64,000 nucleotides of DNA from Clostridiales bacterium UBA4698 (GTDB lineage Bacteria > Bacillota > Clostridia > TANB77 > UBA1234), in assembly GCA_002404755.1 (NCBI GenBank), contig DHKI01000003.1, positions 9,471 to 73,470 on the forward strand. The letters run 5' to 3'. Position 1 is the stretch's first letter; each line of letters begins with the position of its first letter. Position numbers and translations under genes: made by a program. Positions 21,338-30,503 of the stretch are shown piece by piece. The notes under the pieces were generated by a model, which was not told the DNA's origin, did no database searches, and saw nothing but the letters and a program-made list of their open reading frames with translations.

Positions 21338-21590
21338 TGAACACAAGTCTTATTTTACCATAATTTTATATTCTTGTCTACATAATTTTGCAAAAATGTC
21401 TACTTTTTTTGTAAAAGTATTATTTTTACTTATTATTATCTACCTTATTCATGTCGATATCACTTGTTTTAACCTTTCCAAAATACGTTCATGCCAATTT
21501 AACATACATTTTATTCAAAATCCGATTAATTTTTGTATATACATTACATTTTATAACATATATTAAAAATGGACATTATGCTTTCTAGCA

Positions 21591-21632
21591 TAGAAAAAGT
21601 GCTAGAAAAGAATTTACATTCCCTTCCAGCAC
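21591..21632 (-). terminator. Terminator of the GC-rich two-gene island
   Basis: Minus strand reads GTGCTGGAA-loop-TTTCTAGCAC followed by TTTTTCT. Confidence 0.6.
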
Positions 21633-21681
21633 TTAAACTTTAGAAGCGGTTAGAACTTATGCACAATTATGTGCAATTTTT

Positions 21682-22572
21682 TCAATCGCAAGAATATGCG
21701 TCCCGAACATCCTTACTGCACTTTTCGAGGTGTACAGAATACTCCAATCCCACAATCTCTACAAGTGCGATAGCTGCCTTTATTTTAGCAACGTTCTGGA
21801 CGGTTTTGAACATATACTGCTCCATCCTAGGATCTTTACGCAGTTTGCAAAGAATTTCATCGATGGTGTCATCGTCAGGCATATATTCCATGTTTGAGAT
21901 GTGGAATCCGGTCTCATCGCAATAGATTTCAACTGTCTTGTAGCTTTCGAGCTCTTTATTTATTCTGTCAAGTCTTTCTTCTTCATCGCTTATGTTCTGC
22001 TCCAAGCCTTCGACATCTTTCTTACCTGCCTCAATTTGTGCATCAACTTCTCCCAAACTTTTCCGAAGCTCTTCTAGCTCTTTTCTTATTCTCAAGAACT
22101 CCTCATTGCAATGGTTAGCCTTCTTTTGAATATCGTCTTTTTTGTTTTGTTTTTCTATGAGGTCCGTTTCTTTTTTTTCTAGGTTTTCTTTCATTTCTGA
22201 AAGCTTTTTTTTGCTTTTCTCCGCTTGCTCGTTTAACTCGCTTTCGCGACTCCGGAACGTTGTCGTACTTTCCTTTTCGTAACTCACATTCGGCTCGCTT
22301 TCGATGATTTCAGTTGCTTCTGACATACTATTTACCTCTTTCCGCTTTATCTCAAGACCCGTTTTTTTCTTATACCGACTTTCATTTCGCTCCAAATCAC
22401 GGTTGTACTCCTTGAATTTGATACCAGTCTTTTCCTTCAAAGCTTCGAGAAACGTTTCTTCCGAGCAGTTAAACTCGTTGGCGAGTTGCGTCTTTGTATA
22501 TCCTGCTTTGACATACTCTCTGATGGACCTTAATTCCTTAGAACGACCATTAATGTACAATGTTGCTCCCAT
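21682..22572 (-). CDS. Hypothetical protein: N-terminal HTH-like segment, long coiled coil, Cys-containing C-terminal domain
   Basis: MGATLYINGRSKELRSIREYVKAGYTKTQLANEF.. followed by an E/K-rich coiled coil. 27/60 GC at 21721-21780. Six in-frame CGG codons. Confidence 0.6.
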   Translation of the reverse strand: MGATLYINGRSKELRSIREYVKAGYTKTQLANEFNCSEETFLEALKEKTGIKFKEYNRDLERNESRYKKKTGLEIKRKEVNSMSEATEIIESEPNVSYEKESTTTFRSRESELNEQAEKSKKKLSEMKENLEKKETDLIEKQNKKDDIQKKANHCNEEFLRIRKELEELRKSLGEVDAQIEAGKKDVEGLEQNISDEEERLDRINKELESYKTVEIYCDETGFHISNMEYMPDDDTIDEILCKLRKDPRMEQYMFKTVQNVAKIKAAIALVEIVGLEYSVHLEKCSKDVRDAYSCD

Positions 22573-22948
22573 TTTTACAAATCTCCTTTTCAATCATCCT
22601 GATGAGCAAGTCAATTCCTACGAGAACGTCTTTACTACTCGAACTTTTAAGTAGCTCACTCACTTGCTCAGACATTTCTTCGCTTGTTTTCGTCAGAATG
22701 TGCTCTTTCCCTATTCTTCCTAATGCACTTTTTTGCGTCTTATAAACATGCTGTTCATGTGGTTTATGCGGATGCCTAAGATAACTTTGATAGTTCTTTC
22801 CGTTTTTATTGCAATATTTCTTCATTTTGTGATACACCATCCATTTGCTTATACCACACTTATTCGAAATACATGCAACATCTCCTTCATTTTCAAGCCA
22901 CACTTCCTCAATGTCCAAATCAAATAGTTGCCCTGCTGCTGTTCTCAA
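22550..22948 (-). CDS. Hypothetical small HTH-like protein (132 aa, TTG start)
   Basis: GGAGG 8 nt upstream of a TTG start. DVACISNKCGISKWMVYHKMKKY resembles an HTH. The 3' end overlaps the next ORF. Confidence 0.5.
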   Translation of the reverse strand: MRTAAGQLFDLDIEEVWLENEGDVACISNKCGISKWMVYHKMKKYCNKNGKNYQSYLRHPHKPHEQHVYKTQKSALGRIGKEHILTKTSEEMSEQVSELLKSSSSKDVLVGIDLLIRMIEKEICKNGSNIVH

Positions 22949-23067
22949 AAATTATGCCTCCTTCAAAATCCATGTTTTTTCGCCCATAGTTATGGGCTTT
23001 CCTCCTATAGTAATAAACTTCGACATGGATTATAGCACATTTTCATCATTCAGTCAACATAATTCAT

Positions 23068-24209
23068 TTATATTTTCACAGCCGCCGTCACTAAAACTCC
23101 TATATTATCTTTGTATATCTTTTCGAATTGAGATATTGGTAGCGGATTTTGTCCCATGCCTGTTTCGAACGTGTATCCTGGTCTATTGTATTTGGATATG
23201 TACCAATCTCTATATCCTGCATAACTGTTTGTTTCTTTTTCATTATCTAATGTGTATGTACTAATTCTGGCAAATTCTTTTCCTAATTCTTCTGCACCAA
23301 CCGGCTCAAAGTCCAAATATCTCCAATATATTATTTCTCCCTGTGTGTGATATGACAAAATCAATTTAAAATCATGTGCAAGTGTATAATTGTACAAAGC
23401 TAATGATTCTGGCTCAGTTAAAGGTCCGATAACCAACAAAATCTCTTGGTGCTGGCCTTACAAAACCTTGTTTAAACTTGTTTTCACGTGCAAGTTGCCA
23501 TTCGGCGGGAAACTGCAAATTCAAATCTACTCCGCACAATATTAGCTTTCCAACCATTTGGGAAAGGAATATTTGGATATCCACTAGCTATATTTCTAGC
23601 GTTCATATATGCTGACGAACGCACTGGCAATTGCCAAAGTACTAAATCCACCCCATCTGGATTTGCCATAGGTGCTATGTAAATTGTTGTTTCATTAAAT
23701 ATCTTTTTTGCATCATAGCCAAATATATTTCCTTCACTTTCATATGCCTTTGCAAAATCTTCAATAAATTTCATAAACACAACCGAATTAATCCATTCGT
23801 TTGCATGGATTGATGCACTATAAAAAACTTCTTTGCTTCCATTTCCTATTTTTATTACTGGTAAATTCTTTCCCATTACACTTCTGCCATAATAGCTATA
23901 TTCTAAAAAAGGATACTTGGTAACTAATGCATTTATATTTCTCATCATAATACTATATGGATATATTATATCTGTAGGAACTATATCAAAAAGTTTACCA
24001 TTTAAATATGGCATCAGTGCATTCCAAGTCGCTGTGCCAACAATTCCATCAGGCTGTAGTCCAAATTCTTTTTGAAAGTTCTTTACTGCTTCCATCGTTT
24101 GGTTTCCATATATTCCATCCACATTTCCTGCATAGTATCCCAACTTTTTTAAGGTACTTTGTAACCATTCAACATAAGCACCACTCGAACCATATCTTAA
24201 AACTGGCAT
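23068..24209 (-). pseudogene. M14-family gamma-D-glutamyl-diamino-acid peptidase with peptidoglycan-binding domain; two +1 frame breaks
   Basis: PG_binding_1-like N-terminus (YVEWLQSTLKKLGYYAGNVDGIYG) and HANEW zinc motif. Conserved segments are spread over three frames: ..GWKANIV | GVDLNLQFPAEW..FVGY | GPLTEPES.. Confidence 0.8.
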
Positions 24210-24302
24210 AAAAATCACTCTCCTCTTTTTAAGTTTATTTTTACGCACTAAGTTTTATTCTTTTTATTTTTAGTTGTTGATATTTTTGTCATTTTCAAAA
24301 TA

Positions 24303-25103
24303 TCAATTAACCCCAGATACTTTTAAAATTTGTCTTCCCTCATGATTTATTTCATAATTATCTTGATAAATCATTTCAGAAACCGGAACTATTTCGTAAC
24401 CTAAATCTTTTATTGTCCTTATTATTTGATTTAATCCCTCCGCAGTATGCTTTGTATCATTATGCATCAAAATAATACTTCCGTTTCTTATTTTGTCTTT
24501 TATTCTTTTGCACATTTCATCTGGAGTTTTTCCTGTATAATCTAATGTATCTATATCCCATTGAACAACTTGCATTTCTAAGCTTTTAGCCGCCTCTATT
24601 ACAGTATTATTATATTCACCATAAGGACCTCTATATAGTTTTACTTCTTCACCAGTTATATTCATTATTTTTTCATTGCATTTTTTCATATCATCAACAT
24701 TTGTATCGAAAGATAAGGCATTTACATGTGCATGTGAATTTGAATGATTACCTATGTCCATTCCATTATCATGTACTAATTTTACTTCATCTGGGTATTT
24801 TTTTACGAAATCTCCAACCATGAAGAAGGCTGCTTTCACATCGTTTTCAGTCAATGTATTTATGATATCTGGTATGTCATCAGCTCCCCACGCACAGTCA
24901 AACGTTAAGGCTACAACTTTATCTTCTGTTTCAACACTGTATATCGGAAGTAATCTATAATTTGCTGCAGTTTCTAATATTTTCTCAACAATTGTATTTC
25001 CGCAACCACATGCTAATATTAAAGTAAATATGCCTATTACTGCAAATAAAAACATCTTTGCATTTATAACAACAAACTTATTTTTCAAATTAAACACCCC
25101 CAT
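24303..25103 (-). CDS. Polysaccharide deacetylase (NodB homology), membrane-anchored
   Basis: TFDCAWGADD, GNHSNSH, LMHN motifs and an N-terminal TM segment. Confidence 0.85.
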   Translation of the reverse strand: MGVFNLKNKFVVINAKMFLFAVIGIFTLILACGCGNTIVEKILETAANYRLLPIYSVETEDKVVALTFDCAWGADDIPDIINTLTENDVKAAFFMVGDFVKKYPDEVKLVHDNGMDIGNHSNSHAHVNALSFDTNVDDMKKCNEKIMNITGEEVKLYRGPYGEYNNTVIEAAKSLEMQVVQWDIDTLDYTGKTPDEMCKRIKDKIRNGSIILMHNDTKHTAEGLNQIIRTIKDLGYEIVPVSEMIYQDNYEINHEGRQILKVSGVN

Positions 25104-25233
25104 ACATATTGTATGAAAGCACTTTCACAAATATAATTACGCCAGCCATAAAAATTTTAGTTGTAATAAATTTTATTAAAAAACGCGAAAAGAGATGAAA
25201 ACTTTTACTTTTTCATCTCTTCTTTAATAATTT

Positions 25234-25737
25234 CTATGTATCAAGCTGAAAGTAGTATAATTTTTTATTTTCAACATCTAATGCACTAATTGTAAAATTA
25301 GTTGAATATCTATTACTTATTACTATTTCTCTATCAAATTTATAAATATCTCCAGATGCTTCAGTATGTCTATCTTTAAAAAAATAATATCCATTATCTA
25401 TATCAAGCATCGGATTTTCTAAATCAATTGCCTCTACATGCGTTAATTCCCTCTTAAGTTCGTCACTTAAAGCTCCCTTTTGCCAATGTGGATTACTTTC
25501 TATGCTTGCAATTATCGTTTCTAATTCTTCGTTACTCAACTCATATTCTTGATAGATTGTGCCATCATTATGTCCTCCATTTTTCCCTGTTATTTTTTCC
25601 ACACTAACTGTTAAATTGCTTTCTAATTCTATTGCTTGCATTTCTCTTGGTGGTGGATTTGTAACCACAGTATTTATCATACTAAATATCATACTAAATA
25701 TCAAATAAAAGCCCACACTAAACATATAAAAAATCAC
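25234..25737 (-). CDS. Hypothetical membrane-anchored protein (167 aa, GTG start)
   Basis: N-terminal TM helix; no recognised motif. Confidence 0.5.
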   Translation of the reverse strand: MIFYMFSVGFYLIFSMIFSMINTVVTNPPPREMQAIELESNLTVSVEKITGKNGGHNDGTIYQEYELSNEELETIIASIESNPHWQKGALSDELKRELTHVEAIDLENPMLDIDNGYYFFKDRHTEASGDIYKFDREIVISNRYSTNFTISALDVENKKLYYFQLDT

Positions 25738-26081
25738 TTTTACTCCTCCTCGCTAACTACATAATTAGTCATGTCAAATTTTATAGTGAAATAATAAGGT
25801 CTTATTACTCCGTATTCAGAAGAAGCAACTCCTAAATTGTTTAACGTCATCGCAAAAATACTTTTTGGTATAGAATCCGTAGCCGCCACATATTCTTTTA
25901 GATTTTTAAAATCTGTGTAATCGTAGTTGTCTTTTATTTCAACCTATCCTTATTTATTAGAGATATTATCATATTTTTTATAAACAAGCAATAATGTTTG
26001 CCATTTTTGCTTGTTTGTTTCTAATCATTCACATTTCTCTTATTTTTTTCATATTCTATAATTAGAAAAGGAGGAAATGCT

Positions 26082-26486
26082 ATGTTTGAAAATGAAAAAT
26101 TTGACCGTCCTGATTTTTGCGATTTTAAAACAATAATTGAAAAATTCTTAACAATATGCTTACCTGTAACAACAACACCTTGTGCAAAGGTTGGAAAAAT
26201 TAAAACCGAATGTTGTGGCACACCAATCGTTGTTCCAAGAAAACATGATATTTGTTGTGATGAAATGCAAAAGAACGGCTGTTGCAAGTACACTGTTATT
26301 CAAAAGATGAGAGTTGAGATTCCTATCGACTTTACTGCCGACACTAAAGTTGACGATTTATTTGTTGATTGTGAATTTAAGCATGACAAGGACCACTGTG
26401 ACAAAAATAATTGTGAGAAAGACCTCTGCGACGCTTGTAAAAAAGACATTTGTCCAAAAGATCCTTGCGATAAAAAGCCTTGGTAA
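26082..26486 (+). CDS. Cysteine-rich small protein (134 aa, 20 Cys)
   Basis: AAGGAGG RBS. CC pairs and a C-terminal run of CD/CE/CK dipeptides (HCDKNNCEKDLCDACKKDICPKDPCDKK). Confidence 0.7.
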   Translation: MFENEKFDRPDFCDFKTIIEKFLTICLPVTTTPCAKVGKIKTECCGTPIVVPRKHDICCDEMQKNGCCKYTVIQKMRVEIPIDFTADTKVDDLFVDCEFKHDKDHCDKNNCEKDLCDACKKDICPKDPCDKKPW

Positions 26487-26617
26487 CATCATTTAAAGAA
26501 ATTATAACCGTTAATTGAAACATTGTAATTAAAATATATTTCAAAATTAAATCAAAAAATTTAATGTTTATTTATCGCGTAAAAACGGCTTAAAAAATTT
26601 GCATTTATAAGTTGACT

Positions 26618-26663
26618 AAAAAATAGGATTCGAATCAAAGTACTGATTCAAATCCTATTTTTT
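26618..26663. terminator. Bidirectional terminator between convergent genes
   Basis: AAAAAATAGGATTCGAATCA-loop-TGATTCAAATCCTATTTTTT. Confidence 0.8.
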
Positions 26664-26693
26664 AATTTTTCGCATCCAAATTTTAACCTAAAA

Positions 26694-27263
26694 CTATTCT
26701 TGAGATATTTTTTCTAAATATTTGTATGTTTCCATTACTTCTTCTCTTGTCATATCTTGACTTACTGATTCGTTCATAGTGATTGTAACATACTTTCCAT
26801 CTCTCTTAATTTCTTTTACATTTTCTAGACCTGTTAATTCACTATTATTAACGTCTTTTAACTCGTTCATATATTGCTCATATGCTTGTTTTCCTGCTTC
26901 CTCATTATCATACATATAACAATAACTATAATTTACTACTTGGTCTCCACTAAAATCAAATATTATATAATACGCATTTCCAAAATTAAAAACTGCTCTA
27001 TCATCTGTTGTAGATAAACCTATTTTTCCTGAAGCATCACCTGAATCTCCGCTTTTATTATTTCCACTAGTATTTTCTTCTATTTTAGAGCCCCCTATAA
27101 TATTTTCTAAATCTTTATCATCATCTTTTGAGCTTGTATTAACCTTATCACTAATATCATTTACTCCATTACTTGGTTGCTCTTCTTTTTTGTTACAGCC
27201 AACCATTCCAAAAATACAAAAAGCCATTATTAAAACAATTCCGATTACTCTAAGTTTTTTCAT
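26694..27263 (-). CDS. Lipoprotein of unknown function
   Basis: Signal peptide with lipobox FGMVGC, followed by a low-complexity S/G/D/N linker. Confidence 0.7.
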   Translation of the reverse strand: MKKLRVIGIVLIMAFCIFGMVGCNKKEEQPSNGVNDISDKVNTSSKDDDKDLENIIGGSKIEENTSGNNKSGDSGDASGKIGLSTTDDRAVFNFGNAYYIIFDFSGDQVVNYSYCYMYDNEEAGKQAYEQYMNELKDVNNSELTGLENVKEIKRDGKYVTITMNESVSQDMTREEVMETYKYLEKISQE

Positions 27264-27336
27264 ATCTTCTCCTCCTATACTCTTTATACACTATAATTAT
27301 AATACTATATTTCTTTTATAATTCCAACATTTATTT

Positions 27337-27534
27337 TTAATCTTCGAAAAGTTGGTCAGCTAAATTTTGTATATATGCTTTTCTTTCTTTCGTTTCCTTT
27401 TCTAAAATTCTTAGTTCTATAATATCTCCCTCTTCAGCATTCATAGCAAGCACTCTAGGCATATTCACAAACTCTCCACTTTCAATTTCAACAACAGCAT
27501 AATTCCCTTCATATCTATCTAATATAACTCTCAT
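27337..27534 (-). CDS. DUF3006-like small protein
   Basis: MRVILDRYEGNYAVVEIESGEF..P..L...A.EGDII is the typical DUF3006 pattern. Confidence 0.7.
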   Translation of the reverse strand: MRVILDRYEGNYAVVEIESGEFVNMPRVLAMNAEEGDIIELRILEKETKERKAYIQNLADQLFED

Positions 27535-27658
27535 GCCACATTCACCTCTTTATGTATCAACATTCTAACAGAACCAATAATATTATATAACCTTTTTTAA
27601 TGCTCACATTATATCATAAAACAATAAAAAGGTGGAAGTATTTTTCCACCTTTACATA

Positions 27659-29731
27659 TTAAAATTCTATTTTCGATACTTCTTTCATTGTATCCATATC
27701 TAGTACTTTTATCATATTACTTGATATTGTATAAAGCTTATCTCCTATATATATTATTCTTTCAATATTGCTATAAGGGTTTTCAGTATTTTCATTTGAA
27801 ACTTTGCCAAGCAATGTTATACCTTTTTCTGTATCTATATTAAATATAACTGCTCCACAGAAATCTAAATCTCCATACATTGGGACTCCATTTTCATATG
27901 TTCCTGCATTTTCATCATATAATCTAACTGGAAAAGCAAATAGCCCTTCATCTTGTTTGAATAGAAGTGATTTATGATTGTATAATAATTCAGAATAGCT
28001 TCCTCTTCCGCCTATCTTTACAGAGTCTAACTCTTTTGGATTGTTATAATCACTAACATCAAATATAGCAAGTTTTAATCCTGTCGAATATGCTGTTACA
28101 CGTTCTGTTCCATCATAGTTTTTAACAATCTTTTCTATTGAATCTTCTCCAAAACCAATTAAATAGTTTTCGCCAAATGGATGTAAGTAACTGCTATATC
28201 CTGGTATCTTTAATTCTCCTAAAACTTCCGGATTGGTTGGCTCACTTAAATCTATTACAAAAAGTGGATCCACAGTTTTATATGTTACAACATAACATTT
28301 GTCTCCCATAAAACGTGTGCTATATATCCTCTCGCCTTTTGCTAAACCTTCTAGCTTTCCAATAACTTTTAAATCTTTATCTAAGACATATAAATTATTT
28401 TCAGATGTATTACTTTCCCATGAATTTCCTTTTGTAGTTGTTATTCTAAAGTTTCCATCATATTCATCCATTGAAAATTGATTTAACAAAGTTCCTTTAA
28501 CTTCGCCTTCTGCTACATATTTTATTTTCCCATTGTATATAGCAAATTTTCTTATTTTAGTGTTTCCATTACCATTATCATATCTTAGCCAACCTTGATA
28601 ACTTAACCTTGACTTTGTTACATATAGATTTTCTTTCGAACAGTATATTTCTTCGCCTGTACCTATAAAAGTTTCTACATTTGCTTTTTCAGATATATTA
28701 TCTAAGCTAAATGAAGTAATCATCATGTATGAACATTCCTCGTCATCCTCAAGGTCAGGGAAACATTTTATTGATGTAATGTCAACTTCTTTAGTATTTC
28801 CGCCATCAACACAAGTATCCTTGAAAAGTGGTACAACATCTTCTGGATTAATGTCGTTATAAAAATATACATATTTATTGCTTATTACATATATATCATC
28901 ATCAACTTTTCTTGATGAACAATAGCTTCCTTCTGTCTCTATCTCTCTAACCAAATCATAATTATTTATATCATAAATCATAACCTTTGTTGATGTTTTA
29001 TCATAGAAACCTCCGTAAAAGCCATATGGAGTAACCTTATCATTTTCTAATGTTATTAGACTACTCATACTACTAGTCGCTAGTACTATTATATAATCAT
29101 CACTTAAATATAACTCTCTTGGTCTTTGATATGTGCCATTATCATTTTTTACCTTAAAATCAATTTCTTTCTCTAGCTCTAATTTTTCACCTTTATTATT
29201 AATTATCTTTAAAGTATTATTTGATAAATAATAAATGTAATCTCCGTTAGTTTTTACTATATCTGCTTCATCAACGCCTTGAACTTGCGTGTTAGTTTCC
29301 GAATATTCATCCGAAGATTTTTGACTTCCACTATCGCCAGCTACATTTTCTGTCGCTGATAATTCCTGCGTTGCAGAATCAATTGAAACGGAATCCGCAT
29401 ATTTCAAATCGCCTAAAGAATTAAATATAGCTCTTCTATTAATAAGTTCTCTACTATTTTCTAGCTTTTTCACTAATTCATCTTTCGTTTTAAAAGTTGT
29501 AAGTTTCAATTCTTTTTGATTTTCAAACTCAACTTCTTTTTGATTTACCTTTAGCACACTTAACTCCACATCCTCAACATGATGTATTTTAGTTGCATCA
29601 ACGCCAACAAGCACTGCTATTGCAACTGCACATATACATGTAATAAGTGCATATCCTTCTCTTCTTTTTTTCATCTTATAATCACTCGCTTTCTTAAGTA
29701 TACTTTTAACTCTCTCTTCATTACTCTTCAT
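27659..29731 (-). CDS. Membrane-anchored beta-propeller domain protein, likely anti-sigma/partner of the upstream ECF sigma
   Basis: N-terminal cytoplasmic segment plus a TM helix. TNTQVQGVDEADIVKTNGDYIYY matches the secreted beta-propeller (pfam09826-type) signature. Start overlaps the sigma gene stop. Confidence 0.8.
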   Translation of the reverse strand: MKSNEERVKSILKKASDYKMKKRREGYALITCICAVAIAVLVGVDATKIHHVEDVELSVLKVNQKEVEFENQKELKLTTFKTKDELVKKLENSRELINRRAIFNSLGDLKYADSVSIDSATQELSATENVAGDSGSQKSSDEYSETNTQVQGVDEADIVKTNGDYIYYLSNNTLKIINNKGEKLELEKEIDFKVKNDNGTYQRPRELYLSDDYIIVLATSSMSSLITLENDKVTPYGFYGGFYDKTSTKVMIYDINNYDLVREIETEGSYCSSRKVDDDIYVISNKYVYFYNDINPEDVVPLFKDTCVDGGNTKEVDITSIKCFPDLEDDEECSYMMITSFSLDNISEKANVETFIGTGEEIYCSKENLYVTKSRLSYQGWLRYDNGNGNTKIRKFAIYNGKIKYVAEGEVKGTLLNQFSMDEYDGNFRITTTKGNSWESNTSENNLYVLDKDLKVIGKLEGLAKGERIYSTRFMGDKCYVVTYKTVDPLFVIDLSEPTNPEVLGELKIPGYSSYLHPFGENYLIGFGEDSIEKIVKNYDGTERVTAYSTGLKLAIFDVSDYNNPKELDSVKIGGRGSYSELLYNHKSLLFKQDEGLFAFPVRLYDENAGTYENGVPMYGDLDFCGAVIFNIDTEKGITLLGKVSNENTENPYSNIERIIYIGDKLYTISSNMIKVLDMDTMKEVSKIEF

Positions 29732-30263
29732 AAGAAAATCCCTCCTTTCTTAAATTTTCTTTAAGAGCAAGCCTTGCCCTATACGCAAGGTTCTTTACTT
29801 GTTTATTATTTTTATGCATAACCTTCGATATTTCATTATAAGACATATCTTCAAAGTATATTAAAAACAACACTGTTTCATAATCTTTTGGTAAAGTCTT
29901 TATTATTCTGCGTATATTTCTGTGTTCTTCATCTTTTATTACACTCTCTTCAAATCTTTCTTCATCCTCAAGTATTTCATCTTCTAAAAAGCTACATTTT
30001 TTATTCTTTTTTAGAACATTGAAAGCTTTATTTCTTCCAATTTGAAATAAATAAGTTTTAAATGAAGATTCTTCTTTAAAATTATGTTTTTTTACAACCA
30101 GTTCCATAAAAACATCTTCCATTAATTCTTCAGCCAAAGAAAGATTGTTTACAAAACCATTTATAAAAAACATAAGACTGTCGCCATACATTTTAACTAT
30201 ATCTTCAAGACCACTTTCATCTCCATTTAGGAAACGACGGTAGCTACTTGCGCCGTTATCCAT
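29721..30263 (-). CDS. ECF-type RNA polymerase sigma-70 family factor
   Basis: 180 aa; regions 2 and 4 present (MSYNEISKVMHKNNKQVKNLAYRARLALKE). Confidence 0.85.
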   Translation of the reverse strand: MDNGASSYRRFLNGDESGLEDIVKMYGDSLMFFINGFVNNLSLAEELMEDVFMELVVKKHNFKEESSFKTYLFQIGRNKAFNVLKKNKKCSFLEDEILEDEERFEESVIKDEEHRNIRRIIKTLPKDYETVLFLIYFEDMSYNEISKVMHKNNKQVKNLAYRARLALKENLRKEGFSYEE

Positions 30264-30445
30264 AAATTTTCCCTCCTTTTAATGCCTTACACCAATTAGA
30301 CAATTCAAACCTCAAAAAGTCTCATAAAGCTCAAGTTTTCTTATATTCTATATTAAATGAGAACTTATTTCAATCAAATTCTAGCTTTAAATGGTAAGTT
30401 TTGTTAGTGCTTACTATTTCCACAACAAATCTTAAAAATACAAAA

Positions 30446-30483
30446 TGGCATATAATACTCTTCAAGAAAAGCATTATATGCCA
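30446..30483 (-). terminator. Terminator downstream of the ABC permease
   Basis: TGGCATATAAT-loop-ATTATATGCCA, followed on the minus strand by TTTTGTATTTTT. Confidence 0.7.
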
Positions 30484-30503
30484 ATATTGATTACTCAAAT
30501 TTT

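Noticed and set aside
21660-21682. TGCACAATTATGTGCA palindrome followed by ATTTTTT as a + strand terminator.
   Set aside because: The stem is only 6 bp, there is no + strand gene upstream, and it overlaps the stop codon of the minus-strand island gene.
25741-25945. Possible small ORF (34-46 aa, ..FAMTLNNLGVASSEYGVIRPYYFTIKFDMTNYVVSEEE) just upstream of 25234..25737.
   Set aside because: The frame opens right after a TAG with no ATG or RBS near its start, so only weak internal GTG/ATG starts remain. Not enough support to call.
26021-26293. 90-aa minus-strand ORF overlapping the start of the Cys-rich gene.
   Set aside because: No RBS. It overlaps the + strand gene, which has a strong AAGGAGG RBS.
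26618-26663. GGATTCGAATC resembling a tRNA T-arm.
   Set aside because: It is one arm of a 20-bp perfect terminator hairpin. No acceptor or anticodon arms are present.
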